From Lama glama (Eukaryota): 64,000 nucleotides of DNA. Below are positions 39,710-52,539 of this stretch, piece by piece. The notes beneath the pieces were generated by a model. The model saw only the letters and a program-made list of their open reading frames with translations, had not been told where the DNA came from and searched no databases. Positions within the stretch are counted from its first letter, which is position 1; each line of letters opens with the position of its first letter. The stretch lies in contig CM052816.1 in assembly GCA_028534125.1 (NCBI GenBank), positions 36,334,001 through 36,398,000 on the forward strand, in the 5' to 3' direction. Made by a program: the position numbers and the translations under genes.

Positions 39710-41225
39710 AAAAACATATTCATTCCAAACACATATCTATGCTCAGATGAAAGGACAATTATTTACCATTTCATTTAGTTTCCCAACTGTTTCTATAATG
39801 CTTGAATGTTTTAGCAGCCATGATGGTGACAGATCCACACAGGGGTTTTCTGAATACAGTTTTCAGGCTGCATTTGCTCACCACTCTGCAAACATTTGTC
39901 AAATTTCTTAGAATACAAAGGGATTCTGTGTTTAAAAAAAACAAGCAAACATAAAGCCCTGTTTGAAATCTCAACAATCTTAATGAGAATCAAATCAAGT
40001 TATTTAAGGAAATATTAGGCACAACATTTATAGATGCAAGAAATCTTTGAGTTTTTTTCCTGCAGAATTTAAATCCTCTAGCTATTCAACTTACAACTCA
40101 AGTTCTGGAATGTCTGTTTTAATATGTGTGGGATCTGGAAGGGACCCAAATGGTTATACATACTTTTAAAGAAAAAGGCAGGGATTTCTTTTAATTACCA
40201 TTTGGAAAAAGGAGGTTATTATTTACCAAATTTATTCAAATATATGTAAAGGTGAGCAGATCACCCAGGATGAGTATAATAAATACCAGATTTTTAATCT
40301 CCAGATAAGATCCTGGAAGTATGGTAAAATTCTTAATAAAGCCAGTTATTTTTAAGCAAAATTAGATATCACAGCAAATGGACAGAGAAGAAGTGTACAA
40401 ACTACATGATAAAAAAACTATATGCTTTTAAGTTGTGACATGAAAATTATTTTAAAATGAAAACAAACCATTTTAAGTTTCATCACATTAGAATTTATTT
40501 TCCTTGTTTACACACACATTCATTCATCATATATTTTAAGTATTTACTATGGGCATGCTTTGGGCATGAAAAGGATACAATGATGGCATCCCTGTCTTTA
40601 AGATTTTCTACACACAAAAATGGCCAATAGCTCTGAGATTTGGTAAGTTATAAACTTGGACTCAAGAGAGCCACAAAGACATTGTTATGAAATTCACTCT
40701 GTTGTAGTTTTCACAATTAAGTTCGTTAAATATGTTGCCAGTTATGAAAATCAGAAAGCAAACACTTTAACTAAAAAAATGTGTAATGGATTATTTTTGG
40801 CTCCAATTCAAACTTAAGATTGTCTCATGAAGACTTTGCCTCTTAAAAGCACTTGCAAACTATACAACATAAGTCACTAGAACAGGATTTTTCCCAAGTA
40901 ACTACGCTTTTCTGCCTCCAGAAATGATCTGTTCTTGTTGCATTCATTAATACTTGTAAACACAGAGGGGAAATAGGACTGGAGAAACATGGCCCTTGTT
41001 CTCCTTTTCACTACTCTCTCTGTTTTTCTTTTCTCCTGTAGGTTGTGGGGAAGATCTGTCGATGTCAGCAGCATTGGAGACTACTTCATGGATTTGTGTG
41101 GTTTATATGGACAATCTATGCAGACTTCAGCCTTTGACTTCTCCCCTTAGCTTTGTTTCTTTTGCTTCTCCACCCAATTCACTTCTTATACTGAACGTTA
41201 GTAGGTACTGCCCTGGTTTGAGTAG

Positions 41226-41368
41226 TTTTTTTTTTTTTACATTTTTTTATTGATTCATAATCATTTTACAGTGTTGTGTCAAATTCCAGTGTTCAGCACA
41301 ATTTTTCAGTCATTCATGGACATATACACACTCATTGTCACATTTTTTTCTCTGTGATTTATCATAAC
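41226..41368 (-). mobile_element. Young L1 3' end with poly(A), camelid-type, truncated by the gap
   Basis: Reverse complement of 12738-12875 with about 5 differences. The T-tail lies at ~41226-41238. Confidence 0.88.
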
Positions 41369-41868
41369 NNNNNNNNNNNNNNNNNNNNNNNNNNNNNNNN
41401 NNNNNNNNNNNNNNNNNNNNNNNNNNNNNNNNNNNNNNNNNNNNNNNNNNNNNNNNNNNNNNNNNNNNNNNNNNNNNNNNNNNNNNNNNNNNNNNNNNNN
41501 NNNNNNNNNNNNNNNNNNNNNNNNNNNNNNNNNNNNNNNNNNNNNNNNNNNNNNNNNNNNNNNNNNNNNNNNNNNNNNNNNNNNNNNNNNNNNNNNNNNN
41601 NNNNNNNNNNNNNNNNNNNNNNNNNNNNNNNNNNNNNNNNNNNNNNNNNNNNNNNNNNNNNNNNNNNNNNNNNNNNNNNNNNNNNNNNNNNNNNNNNNNN
41701 NNNNNNNNNNNNNNNNNNNNNNNNNNNNNNNNNNNNNNNNNNNNNNNNNNNNNNNNNNNNNNNNNNNNNNNNNNNNNNNNNNNNNNNNNNNNNNNNNNNN
41801 NNNNNNNNNNNNNNNNNNNNNNNNNNNNNNNNNNNNNNNNNNNNNNNNNNNNNNNNNNNNNNNNNNNN
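41369..41868. other. Assembly gap (500 N)
   Basis: Exactly 500 N. Confidence 0.99.
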
Positions 41869-42067
41869 AATAAGGAGACAGGATTTTATTACAATAACAA
41901 AACATTCACATACCACCAAAAGATTACTCCCATTCTTCAAAATAGCATCATCAGATGTGCATGACACATACAATTTTTAAACTAGAGTTGATACTAATAA
42001 CACTTTGTGCATTAAAATATTTGACATGGATGGAAATTATGTACCCATAAAACTATGTATTGGTCAG
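41869..42067 (+). repeat. 199-bp exact direct repeat, copy 2 (contig overlap)
   Basis: Identical to 12039-12237 and starts exactly after the second gap. Confidence 0.97.
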
Positions 42068-42214
42068 AGATCTTTCCATGTGTGATTAGAAATCATGCTA
42101 AATTAACAGCACTAATATTTTAGAACTGGAAATAATATAAATAATCTCTACATATATAGTAAACGCAAATATATTCATGTCTTATTAATTGTAATATTGG
42201 TTTTATTCAGTATA

Positions 42215-42668
42215 AGATGTGGGGTAAGAGAAAAAGAATCAAGGATGCAAATAGAGTATTTGCCTGAGCAACTGGAAGAATGACATTTCCACTCAATGAA
42301 ATGGGAAAATGTGGGACTAGAGAGGTTGGGGATGAGAAAAATCTGGAGTTACGTGTTGGACATTTAAATTCTGTAATGGTTATTATATGGATGTATGAAG
42401 TTCAGCTTCATAAAGACCCAGATAGGTGTCTTATTTACTGAGGAATTTCCATTACCTTGAACCAGTATTTCTTGAATAAATGACTAAATAAGTTTCACAG
42501 TAGAAGCTATAGACATAAATCTTGCCATTGACAGCTTATAGGTTGTACTTACAGTTAAGAGTCTGAATGAGATTACTAAGAATGAGGTCATAACTAGAGA
42601 ACAAATGAGATGCTTAGAAGTCAAGTGTCTGAGTACTGGGGCATGCTGAATTCTGGAAAATGAGGAGA
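42215..42668 (-). mobile_element. L2 fragment
   Basis: ttgcctgagcaactggaagaatgacatttccactcaatgaaatggg...ttggacatttaaatt...ctgaatgagattactaag. Confidence 0.8.
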
Positions 42669-43581
42669 ATCTCTACCTGTCTTATCTCTATTTCCATCTC
42701 TACCTTGGTGCCTGCCATTACATCTATATCTATAGTCACATTCATGTTCTTATCCACAGCTCTATATCTATATGCATATTGGTAACTATATCCATATCCA
42801 ACCGAATCCATTTCCATTTCTATGTAGGCACAGATAGACACATGAATATATATATCACAATGTATGTAAAGAGATTGTACTATACTCGATCTTCAGCTAT
42901 TTGTATTTTTAAATTAGTTATTTACATTCCTTGGAGACCTTTCCATGATACCATATCCTGCTCCACCTCACTCTCTTCTAGCTGCAGTCTTGTAGTGTTG
43001 CAAAATTCAGAACAGTTCCCCACTGACTGACACTCAGTTTGTTCCTATTTAGATTATTTCCCATTGCTAACAGCATTCCAGGTTTTTTTTTTCAATAAAT
43101 TTTTACTGAGGAAAAAATGATTATAACTAATATAAATGCACACTTATTACACTTCTGATTTTGTTTTTCTAGGAAAAAGGATAGCCAAAAAAACCTAATA
43201 TACCTCTACATCAGTAGGTGTATTTCTGTAGGACATATCCCAACAGATGAATTTCTGGTTAAAAATATTTGCAGTTTTAAGTTTGACAGACATTATCAAA
43301 ATGCTTTACAGCAAGGCAGCCCTCTCAGTTTGTAAAGTTTTGTAAAAAGGTATTCACAAGTTGAGTGATCACAGTCTCAACTGATTCATTTCTGTAAAGT
43401 CAAAACAGTACCCGACACAGGTCACAGAATATAAAGTTCTGATTGGTGATGGGAGGAAGGGGAGTTCTTCCATAGTCACAAGGCCCTGGGACATTTGTAT
43501 AATTATGGCTTCTGGTTCCATAAAAGACCAAATCAAGGCAGAAGTTTACTTTTGATGTTGTAACCACTTCATTCTAAAAAT

Positions 43582-44224
43582 TGTTACTGTTATAAATATA
43601 AGCCAAACTTCGATATAAGTGGTAGACAGTTAGATAGAAATGAGCACCAGGCAAGGGGAGAGGAAGGGGGAAGGAGCAGCCCAGACAATAACAGTACACT
43701 TGCGCTCAGGATAAGGGGCTCCAAAAACTTTCCCTTTTCTAAATGAGGGCAAGCCAAGAAGCCGGCTAGAATCCAACACTGCTGCTGCATTGTAAAGAGA
43801 AGGACCAGGCTTAAGTTGACCCAATGCTCATTACAATGTAATTAACATTGCAGTTTGAGCTCCCACCTGTAGGTTTCTCTGTGTGCATCATGCGTAAAAA
43901 CATGCGTAAAAGAGATGGGCGTGCCTGAGCACAAACAAGGAAGGTGAGTTGTCACTAGTCTGAGTAGTCAAAGAACCTGAGCCATCAATTAATCAATCAA
44001 TCACGAAAACACCTCTAAGCTAGGATATAAACAAAGAAGTGGTACCATTTTTCCTCTCTTGGGTTGTCCTGCCCCCAGTTCTTGGGGGTGTACTATGTTT
44101 TACTACCTTTTTACTTTACTAATAAAATCTTCTGTTTATATCATGCTTTCTGTCTCTCTTAAAAATTCATTTTTTTCAGGTGACTAAGAACCCAGGTATG
44201 TTTTTTCCCCTCTTCCCAGTAACA
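43582..44224 (+). mobile_element. ERV1-like solo LTR
   Basis: Ends ...cccagtaaca. TATA-like gatataaa near 44024 and AATAAA at 44121. 5' motif gtagacagttagatagaaatgagca resembles MER50/MER83-type LTRs. The 5' boundary is ambiguous (43582 or 43597). Confidence 0.7.
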
Positions 44225-44289
44225 TAAACATTTAGAATTTAATTGCATAATGTGCTTGTCATAACTGACTAGCTTTTTGGACAAAAATA

Positions 44290-45400
44290 AATTTATATAT
44301 TCACACTTTATCACCTAAAGCAATTTCAAATGAATGGAAGTGTTAAATATTAAAAATAAAATCATCAAAGCACTGAACATCCACCAACATCACCACAACA
44401 GCAGTACCAGCAATTAAAAACAACCAATCTAAGAATGAATATTTAACTATAATTTTAAGAGAAAATAACTTCCAAAACCTCCAAAAGGTTGAAAAAATTG
44501 CTAAATTTTAGTAGAAGAGTATTTCTGCATAAAGTAACTGAATCTCTCAGTACTTTAGAAAAGCATACAAGAAGACATAAAAAGTAAAAGTTAATATTGG
44601 TTGCAACAAATATCAAATCAAATATATTACTATATCAAAATATTATTCAACTAAACAAACCAACATTAAGACTTAAGAAAATGGAACAAAGCATGAAAAA
44701 CTATATTAAAGAGAAATTAGAACCATAAACACCTATTTGGAATAATAATGCTCAATTTCACGAGAAACCAAATAAACACATATTAAAATGATGTACTACA
44801 TTTAATCTATCAACTACAACACTTAAAAAGATACTGAGAAAACGAAGTGGCTCCAAGGATGACATGAAATGGACATTTTCATAAATTGCTAGCAGTAATT
44901 TTAGAGAGCAATATAGTGCTAAAGACCGCACTTACAGATACTATGTTCTGATTCACATATAAATTATTTTCTCCCCCCTGAGAAAATAATGTATATATGA
45001 AATAAATATTTAATTATTAAAATTAATAGTTGAGGTATTTATGAAAGCAAAAACTTATTCTACCTAAATATTCAATGATTAGGAAATAGATACCTATGAG
45101 TATACCTATATAATGGATTATTACACAGAATTTATCATTGCTTAAGAGGAACAAGTAATACTAAGGACATGATTAGCATGTAAGTGAAAAAACACAAGAT
45201 CCAATCTGATTAGACATTATGATTAGAGCTTTAGAGAGAAACACTCAATGACAGATTAAATGAAAGGAAATACATCAAAATATTTATAGTGGTTATATTT
45301 GGCTGGTGGGTCTTTATGTACTTCCTAAGTATACACTTTTATATATTTGAAATGCACTTTAGTTGGAATATATAACTTTATGGTGGAACTGTAATTTCAT
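44290..45400 (+). mobile_element. Very old L1ME-like 3' region
   Basis: A-rich decayed L1 motifs (aatgctcaatttcacgag; cctaaatattcaatgattagg; aaatacatcaaaatatttatagtggttatatttggctggtgg). Confidence 0.65.
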
Positions 45401-48400
45401 GAAATAAAAAATATTTTTGTTCTGTATTATAAAAATTCATTCTGACTCTTTCTTCTTGGCTTTAGGGAAATATATACCTTTTAACCTCTGGATTCTGAGG
45501 CTTTTCCTGAAATTCCATATGATAGGAATTCAAATCTTTCTTGAGAGAAGAATTACATACCTGAAAGAAGCAGTCTCTGGGTCATTAATTCTGCCTCCTA
45601 AAGAATTTTCAGAGTTTCCAGTCTTCAAAGCACTCCCCTCTGTCCTATATGAGAAAGATAAATTCTGTATTGTATCTGTAATGTGGTCAGTGCCAACTTT
45701 AGCAACAGGCAGTGATGCCCCCTCTCCAACATGAACCTGTGTTAGTGCATCCATTTTAAAGTTTCTGAGAGTATAAATCTTGCTCAGTGCTTTGAATTTG
45801 CAGAGAATCTATCACCAGGGCAAGCAGACCAAGTACTGTGCCCCAGCAAAGGGAGTAGAGAAAGAAAATTGAGGCATTAAATAAGTTGCCCACTGTAGAG
45901 TAGTTGAAAAGAAAACTGATACTCAAAATTTCCACTAAGTGATTTCCATATCCTTTAAACTTTTCAAATTACCAGGATACACTGAAGTCTTTAAATTTGT
46001 TCTACCTTATGACCACTGAGTTAGCAGAATTAAAACTCGGGAATGTGAATGAACAGTGTGCCTGACAGCAAAGTTTCCCTTGAGGGCAACTCAAAGTAGG
46101 AGTAGATGTGCATTCCAAAGACAGGACTTTTCTGCACCCAACTTCAAGATCTAAGTCTTAGCATTTTAAAATGAACTGTCAGACCTGAATCACAAGTAAT
46201 AATAGAGATTAATCAATAACCTAAGTGTAAACGTACATGTATATTTATATGTATTATGCCAGGAACAGATACACATATTTGTACACATATATATTATGTA
46301 TGTAAGGCACGTTTACACGCTCTTTTAGTAAGCTTAAAGTTTATATTTAGCTTGTGAAGTAGTGGAATATGGTGGGTTATCTCCTGACCCAGCATCAGGT
46401 CTCTCAATTGCTATCTAATTAATTAGGAAATAGTATTTGCTCACTTAGAAACTACAAACCTAGTCTTTTATTCTTCAAAGTAATTTGTTAATTAATTTAT
46501 TCTTATATTCAGGTGCATATTTGTTATTTTTATTCTGACTTCTGAAACATTTTCTACATCTCACTATGAAGAGTAAAATATTTAATGCATTAACAAAGTA
46601 ATACTTATCAAATGAGTGGTCTTTTTACACTGACTCTTCAACAAAATGCATTGGTTTGCTATCATCTGAAACACTGTGCAGTTTATAAATACATTTCCTG
46701 GGAGACCTCATCAGCTTATGCATTTTTTAAGAGACACCTAGCTCTACTGCAAGTCATAGGCAGTATCCAGCATCGCAGCTCTTCCATCTGGCCTAAATTT
46801 TGCTACCTCTATTTGTACATCTTCACATGAGGAACACTCTAGGAACTAAAAACTGTTCTTTCCTTCATTATGCATGTGGCGTGCAATGCAATTTACCACC
46901 TAACAGATGTCATAGCTAAGTACCCAGGATCATGTCATGATTCATTCATCTTAAGACAATCTGCTTCAGAAATGCATGGCTTTTTATAAATTGAAAGAAT
47001 TTGGATTTTGAGTAATTCTATAAAATGCTATTTATAACTTTAATTTTTTCCCTTAAAACACAATTACAGGCTTCAGATTGTTTGTTTGCAGGATAGCCGC
47101 CTCTTTTTGGTTTGACTTTGAATGTCTCTGCCACTGAAAAATAATAAAAAAGTATCAAATTTTTTACCAGAATGGCTATAGCAGTAACACTGGCTATTAT
47201 CCTAAAATTGAGGTTTGGATGTCTAGGCAAATCTGGTGAAACATTATTTCTCTGCCCTCATAAAGCAGGCAAAAAATTCCTGCTGGGTGGTATTTTACAT
47301 AATATTGTCATTAAACACGGTCTATCTTTAGCGGAAGAAGCAGACAGTAATAAGTCAAATAGGAATGAAGAATTATGTGAATCTGAGGAGATACACTTGC
47401 AAATGAGTAACTGAAATTATTATTAAAGGTAGAAATATAACATCTAGGTTAATAGACAAAAAGGTTGAAAGAAATGTTTAGCTATTGAGAGTAATTACGG
47501 AAGGATTTTTCGTAAAAGAAATGTTTTGTAGTCTCCTATTTTTGGAGGTTTATTTTTCTATGCTGGAATAAAGAACCCATAGATTCTTCGCTGCAGCTGT
47601 TTCAATCTTGATTAATCTAAGTATTGTGACCATAAAAGGGAAAGTAGCTTAATTAAAAAATGTTAGAGCAGAATAGAATACATCTGCAATAATCTCCCTT
47701 CTCTTTTTGACTAAATGCAAGAAAGAACATCATCCTTTCTTTTAAAGGGAACAAATCAATACCCGTGCTCTTGCAATTACCCTCGAGGCACAATGTTACA
47801 CAGACGGGTGCACAAACAAAGGAATCATAGGTTAAAAACCATATCCCTCAACATTAAAAAAAAGAAGAGAACTGTTTAAGTCTTGCTACATTTATTTCTG
47901 TTCTTCTTCCCCCAGTCAAACACTACCACCACTGCAACTCCCAACCTTAATCTCAAACAACATTTCTCCCAAATGTGTAAGTCTGTTCTTTGTTATTTAA
48001 CTGTTTTTAATTTCCTCTCAAAGGGATCCAAATTGATTTCCTTATTACCTTGAGGTGAATATGTCTCATTGGGTTGATGTTTAGATTGTTTATAAAATAA
48101 ATTTATCCTTTTAATATTTACACAGCTCTTGAGAAATATGAGGTAAAGACACAGCAGGAAAGTTTCCTAGTTGGGAATTCTGTGTTTTCCTCTCCTGTGA
48201 ATACAGAAATTGATTTCCTATGTGCATTTGTAGGAGCCTGATGGGAGATAGTTTTCTTATGATTGTGCTACCAATTGCTTTCAGTAAGTATCTGTAATGA
48301 AAGGCTACAATGAAAGAGAATACATAGTTTAAACTGGAACGGGTGAACACTTAAAATTTATTGTATATTGGTAAAAGTTTCCTTTTTGATAAGTTTAAGA

Positions 48401-49944
48401 ATACATCTAAAATTTTTCAAGAGTCACAACAGGAAAAGCAACAGTATTAGGCAGACAGCTTTGCAGTATTAATCATCAAGATCTATGATTCTAATATCAT
48501 TGTCTTACCTCCCTCAGCAATTATCTCAATTTCTTTACCACATAACCAACCTAGTTCCATGGCAGTTGCATTACATCATGGCTGAGACAGATGACAATAC
48601 AGACATAAGTTATTTTTCAGTGGGAATTAATTTCCCACGAAAAATTGAATTATTTGTTATTTTCAATTCTTCCCTGTGTTTGATTTAATTTTAAAGGATC
48701 TTTTTACTACTCCATGTGAAAATAATAAAACATTTTTAATAATGCCCAATAATACTGTATACAGAATAAAACCAAGCACCACCCACCGCTTAGCTCCCCA
48801 GAGTCCATATTAAAGGCTAAACAAAACATACCACACAAAATTAAGGGAAGGAATGGGACCAAACTAGACTGAACAATAGGAGAGTATTTTATTTCTTTGG
48901 CTTAAGTATAACATGGGAATATAAAGCTATCCGTATTCCTAATATAAAACTGAAAATAATACTTTGCTTTGCAGGTCCTTCAGGAATTGACAGAAGAGGC
49001 TATTTGGTTAAAACATTTTCTAATTCTCTTCATTTTGGCTACATTCAGGGCTATAAACTGCATATGTTTGAAAGAGCAATTCCTGTATTGTTTTTAGAAA
49101 CATACTAAGGAAACCTCTTTTTTACACTGTGGGACCATTTTATAGATTCTGTTTCTTCTACACAGAAAATGTGCCTGCTATCCAGCTGGCTCCTTCAGAA
49201 GTTGCTTCTTGGTATGGGCAAAAGTCCCTGAAAAGACTCAGTTGTCAAGTTGTCTTGAGGTGCCCCTGAACTGACTGAAAAACTAATAAACTTGATTTCA
49301 GGAACCTAGAGAATAAGAGAAGCTATCTTTTAAGGACATATCTTGTTTAAAATTGGCAACAAAGAATGGTTGCAATTGAGTTACTTGCTGAGGGAAGGGG
49401 ATCTATAACCACCAAGTTATATCTAGCAAAAGACTTAGCAATGGAGAAACAATACATATAGGGTTTATTCAGTCCACCCTGTCATTAGATCAGTTCTTCT
49501 AGTCCCAAATTCACATTGCTACAGAGGACAGGCAAGTAATGCAAATGAGTGAAACAGGGCAGGTTAGGCATGAGTGTTTGGAAAACATTTGAGTTTCTCA
49601 CGAAAAAAGAGAGATGTACATGTCATTGTCTCTGATGAAATGCATGTGGCCACAAACATACACACAACTATCTGAGTCCACTGATTGATCCCAGTAAGCA
49701 GCAAGTACCAGATATTCCACTTACTATTTGTTTGACTTGACACATTTAAAATGCTTCAACTAGTACCTTGTACATACCAAGGGCTTTATACATTTTTATT
49801 GTTATACATGTTTGTTCTGTGCCTCTTCCTCAATTTTCCAGTTTTTATACACATGCACAGTGCAGAGACACACATATACTCACAGACACACTCACTGATA
49901 AAAATATTAAAAATGAATTGGGAGGGTAAGACAGAAGCTCCAAG

Positions 49945-50406
49945 ACTGGATAATTCATATCCACTTTCTACTCTCCTTCACCCTTTTCTGTCTTCTCTGT
50001 GCCCCAGAAGGCTGACCTCTATGAATGACACAAATTGCTGGCTCCTGTGCCCTCTGGCTTCCAGGCAGATTTGTCTAAGGGGAGGCACCCACTGCAGACC
50101 GGAAGGAGTAAGGAAAACAATGCCAGTGGGTTTATTTCTCTGCGTCCTCCCTGTTGGAATGCTGCTAGCTCGGTGGATTCCTCTGTGAAAGGAGCCTTAA
50201 CAACCTTCAAGGCTCATGGCTGTCTCACCTTCGGCCCCTTTCTCCTTTGCCCCTTTCAGCCTGGGAGGTGGCAGCTCCTACTCTTGCTAGCCCTGACATG
50301 TTTAACCACACCTTGCGGTGGGTGAATGCTCATGACTGTCAATCACTGTCCTCAACAAGCCTGTTGATTATGCCATCTCTTTCTTGCCTGGACCCTGACT
50401 GATATA
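49945..50406 (+). mobile_element. ERVL LTR33-like solo LTR
   Basis: tctgtgccccagaaggctgacctctatg...tgccctctggcttcc...ggaggcacc...tgccatctctttcttgcctggaccctgactgatata. Confidence 0.85.
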
Positions 50407-52304
50407 GGCTCTTATTTAAAATGGCTTAGTATCTCCTCTCTTCTTTCTCTAAATTCTGCTAAAATGATGGAAGACACAGTAAAATGATAATGAACCTACA
50501 GAAAACCTGGCTATCCAATGGGGTAGTGGCTACACAACATATGAGTAAATTGACACCGACAGTGAAAATCAACTGAATTGAGATCATGCACCAACCCGAC
50601 CATATAGGGGACCTTCAAAACGATGGATTTCCTTGCTCCCCAAACAAAAGCCTAGAACAATCAGTATTAGAGCGAAACTGGATGAAGTGTAGCTAGTGAG
50701 ATTGGCCTGAAGTTACTAATAGGGCAAAACATTTGAAGCTGTCTTATCCCTGGGAGGAGTTCTCCAAGAACAAGCTGTGAGAATAGCTCCCTGAAGAGAG
50801 CGTTTTGACCCAAGAGACACTCAGAATACCTTTCGCAGGCCAAAGAAACAGGATTATTTCCAAAGTTACAAGTGGAATAAAGAGACAACTCCCTGGAATG
50901 GCTCTAATGACATTAAATGCCTACAGGTTTAATTGTAGAATAGACAGTCTTTGAAAATACCAAGTTAACATAAAAATTATAGCATTCTTGTTTCTACTTA
51001 TCAGGCAACCTAAATTCACATAGTTATTACAGTGTGAAAAAATAAATTTTGAAAATACATTATTCAGATAAATAAAAAATAATCAGGCAATTTAGTTTAT
51101 TTAAATCTATAAAACTAGATTTTTTTTTCTGAGTATTTAAATGAACCTCCATGAATATGCTAAAACAAAATACTGGAAACAATGACTGTCTAGATTCACT
51201 GAAACTTCAAACATTGTCAGAAGTCAAGACTGGTTTTCTTAATATAAAAGTATAGTGCTCCAAGTGACGGTGGTTAAGAAGGGTGTATGGGTGTGTGTAT
51301 GCGTGTAAGCGTGCACACACATGCTCCTCCAGGCAAGTCCACACTGCTGAAAGCAATGAAACGGTCTCCACGTGGTATGCCCCTTCCCTTCATTACTAGC
51401 AACCAACTTTTTATTGTACTTTTCTTTGGAATGTACATAATATAAATGTTCAGTTTTGCTGCTGCTTCATTCTAAGCAGATGAAGTGAGGAAAAGTAGTA
51501 TTTCCCTTTTATTTTCTTATGCAGTAAATGTAAGGGATAGTTAATGGTAGTAAAAATGAATCTCTTGCCTATAATACCAGCAGCAACTTATAACTAACAA
51601 CAACACAACCAAAACATACCCTAGAACATTTTGTAATTTTAAAATAACTTATGTTTATTTTTGTGGCTTGACCATCAATTCATTGCAAATAGCTGAAAAC
51701 TTCTGAACACCTAAACACATTTTAAACATGGTGTGAAGTGGCAGAATTTATTACTATGAAATCCTTTTAAAACCAACTTAACATCATAGAATCGTAACTT
51801 CTTCCCTGACTAAAGCAAAACAAGTCAAAGCAAAACAAAAACAAAAACAAACAATGGCCATAAAAGGAAAAGAAAGAACCAAAAGTGGTCAGAAGTTAAT
51901 AAACTAGACATAATGCTTCAGTGTCTGAGTCATGTGACCCAGACCAATCACGTAAATGCTTTTCAAACAATGCAGGCTACATACACAGTCATGAGAAGTT
52001 TCTACGATAGTATGGGTCAGTGGACGTTTATTTCCTTGGATAACAGAAGTTTACTTCTCACCTGAATCCCTACAAAAGACTTTTGGAATATTTCCTAGAC
52101 TTTTCCTAGACATGAAGATGAGCATATTATTTATCTATCCTTGAATATAATTCCGCCAAATCTTAAAGGGGGTTCTGGTATCAGGCTTCCTGAATCTGTC
52201 TTTGGAATATCTAACTCATTAAGGACTTTTATAGATGGCTTCCTTGGCACAGGCTCTAAGTAAAGTTCATATTTATTAGGTCCAAAATATCCATTGATGC
52301 TTTT

Positions 52305-52387
52305 TTTTGTTTTCCCTTAATTGAAGCACTGAGGATTGAACCCAGGACCTCATACATGGTCTATCACTGAGCTATACCCCCAGGCCC
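52305..52387 (-). mobile_element. tRNA-Ala-derived SINE (camelid Vic-1-like) with a 15-bp TSD
   Basis: The minus strand reads gggcctgggggtatagctcagtgatagaccatgtatgaggtcctgggttcaatcctcagtgcttca plus an A-rich tail, with A and B boxes. TSD tccattgatgctttt (52290-52304) / tccatcgatgctttt (52388-52402). Confidence 0.85.
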
Positions 52388-52539
52388 TCCATCGATGCTT
52401 TTAAGCCCAGAATAGAGAATTAGAATTTTAAGATCCTAGATCATGAAGTTAATTAACTTCCTGAAAAATAATTTCAAAACAATACTAATATTTGCTTTTA
52501 TTTAACTTAATCTCCATTAATAAACATTATTTTTTGAAA

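Noticed and set aside
41015..41205. Exon after a strong polypyrimidine tract and AG at 41041
   Set aside because: The pyrimidine tract and downstream sequence look like decayed L2, there is no convincing donor, and the peptides are unrecognisable.
12039..42067. Giant composite transposon (~135-bp TIRs, 199-bp TSD, 29-kb cargo)
   Set aside because: The apparent TIRs are ordinary L1 3' ends with poly(A) tails. Both junctions are fixed 500-N gaps, the 199-bp length fits an assembler K-1 overlap, and there is no transposase.
48975..49097. Short frame VLQELTEEAIWLKHFL resembling a copia-type RNase H motif after an AG acceptor
   Set aside because: Only a five-residue resemblance, with no flanking retroelement homology and an early stop.
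49751..50325. 145-aa and 96-aa ORFs
   Set aside because: They lie mostly within the LTR33-like element and show no protein-like similarity.
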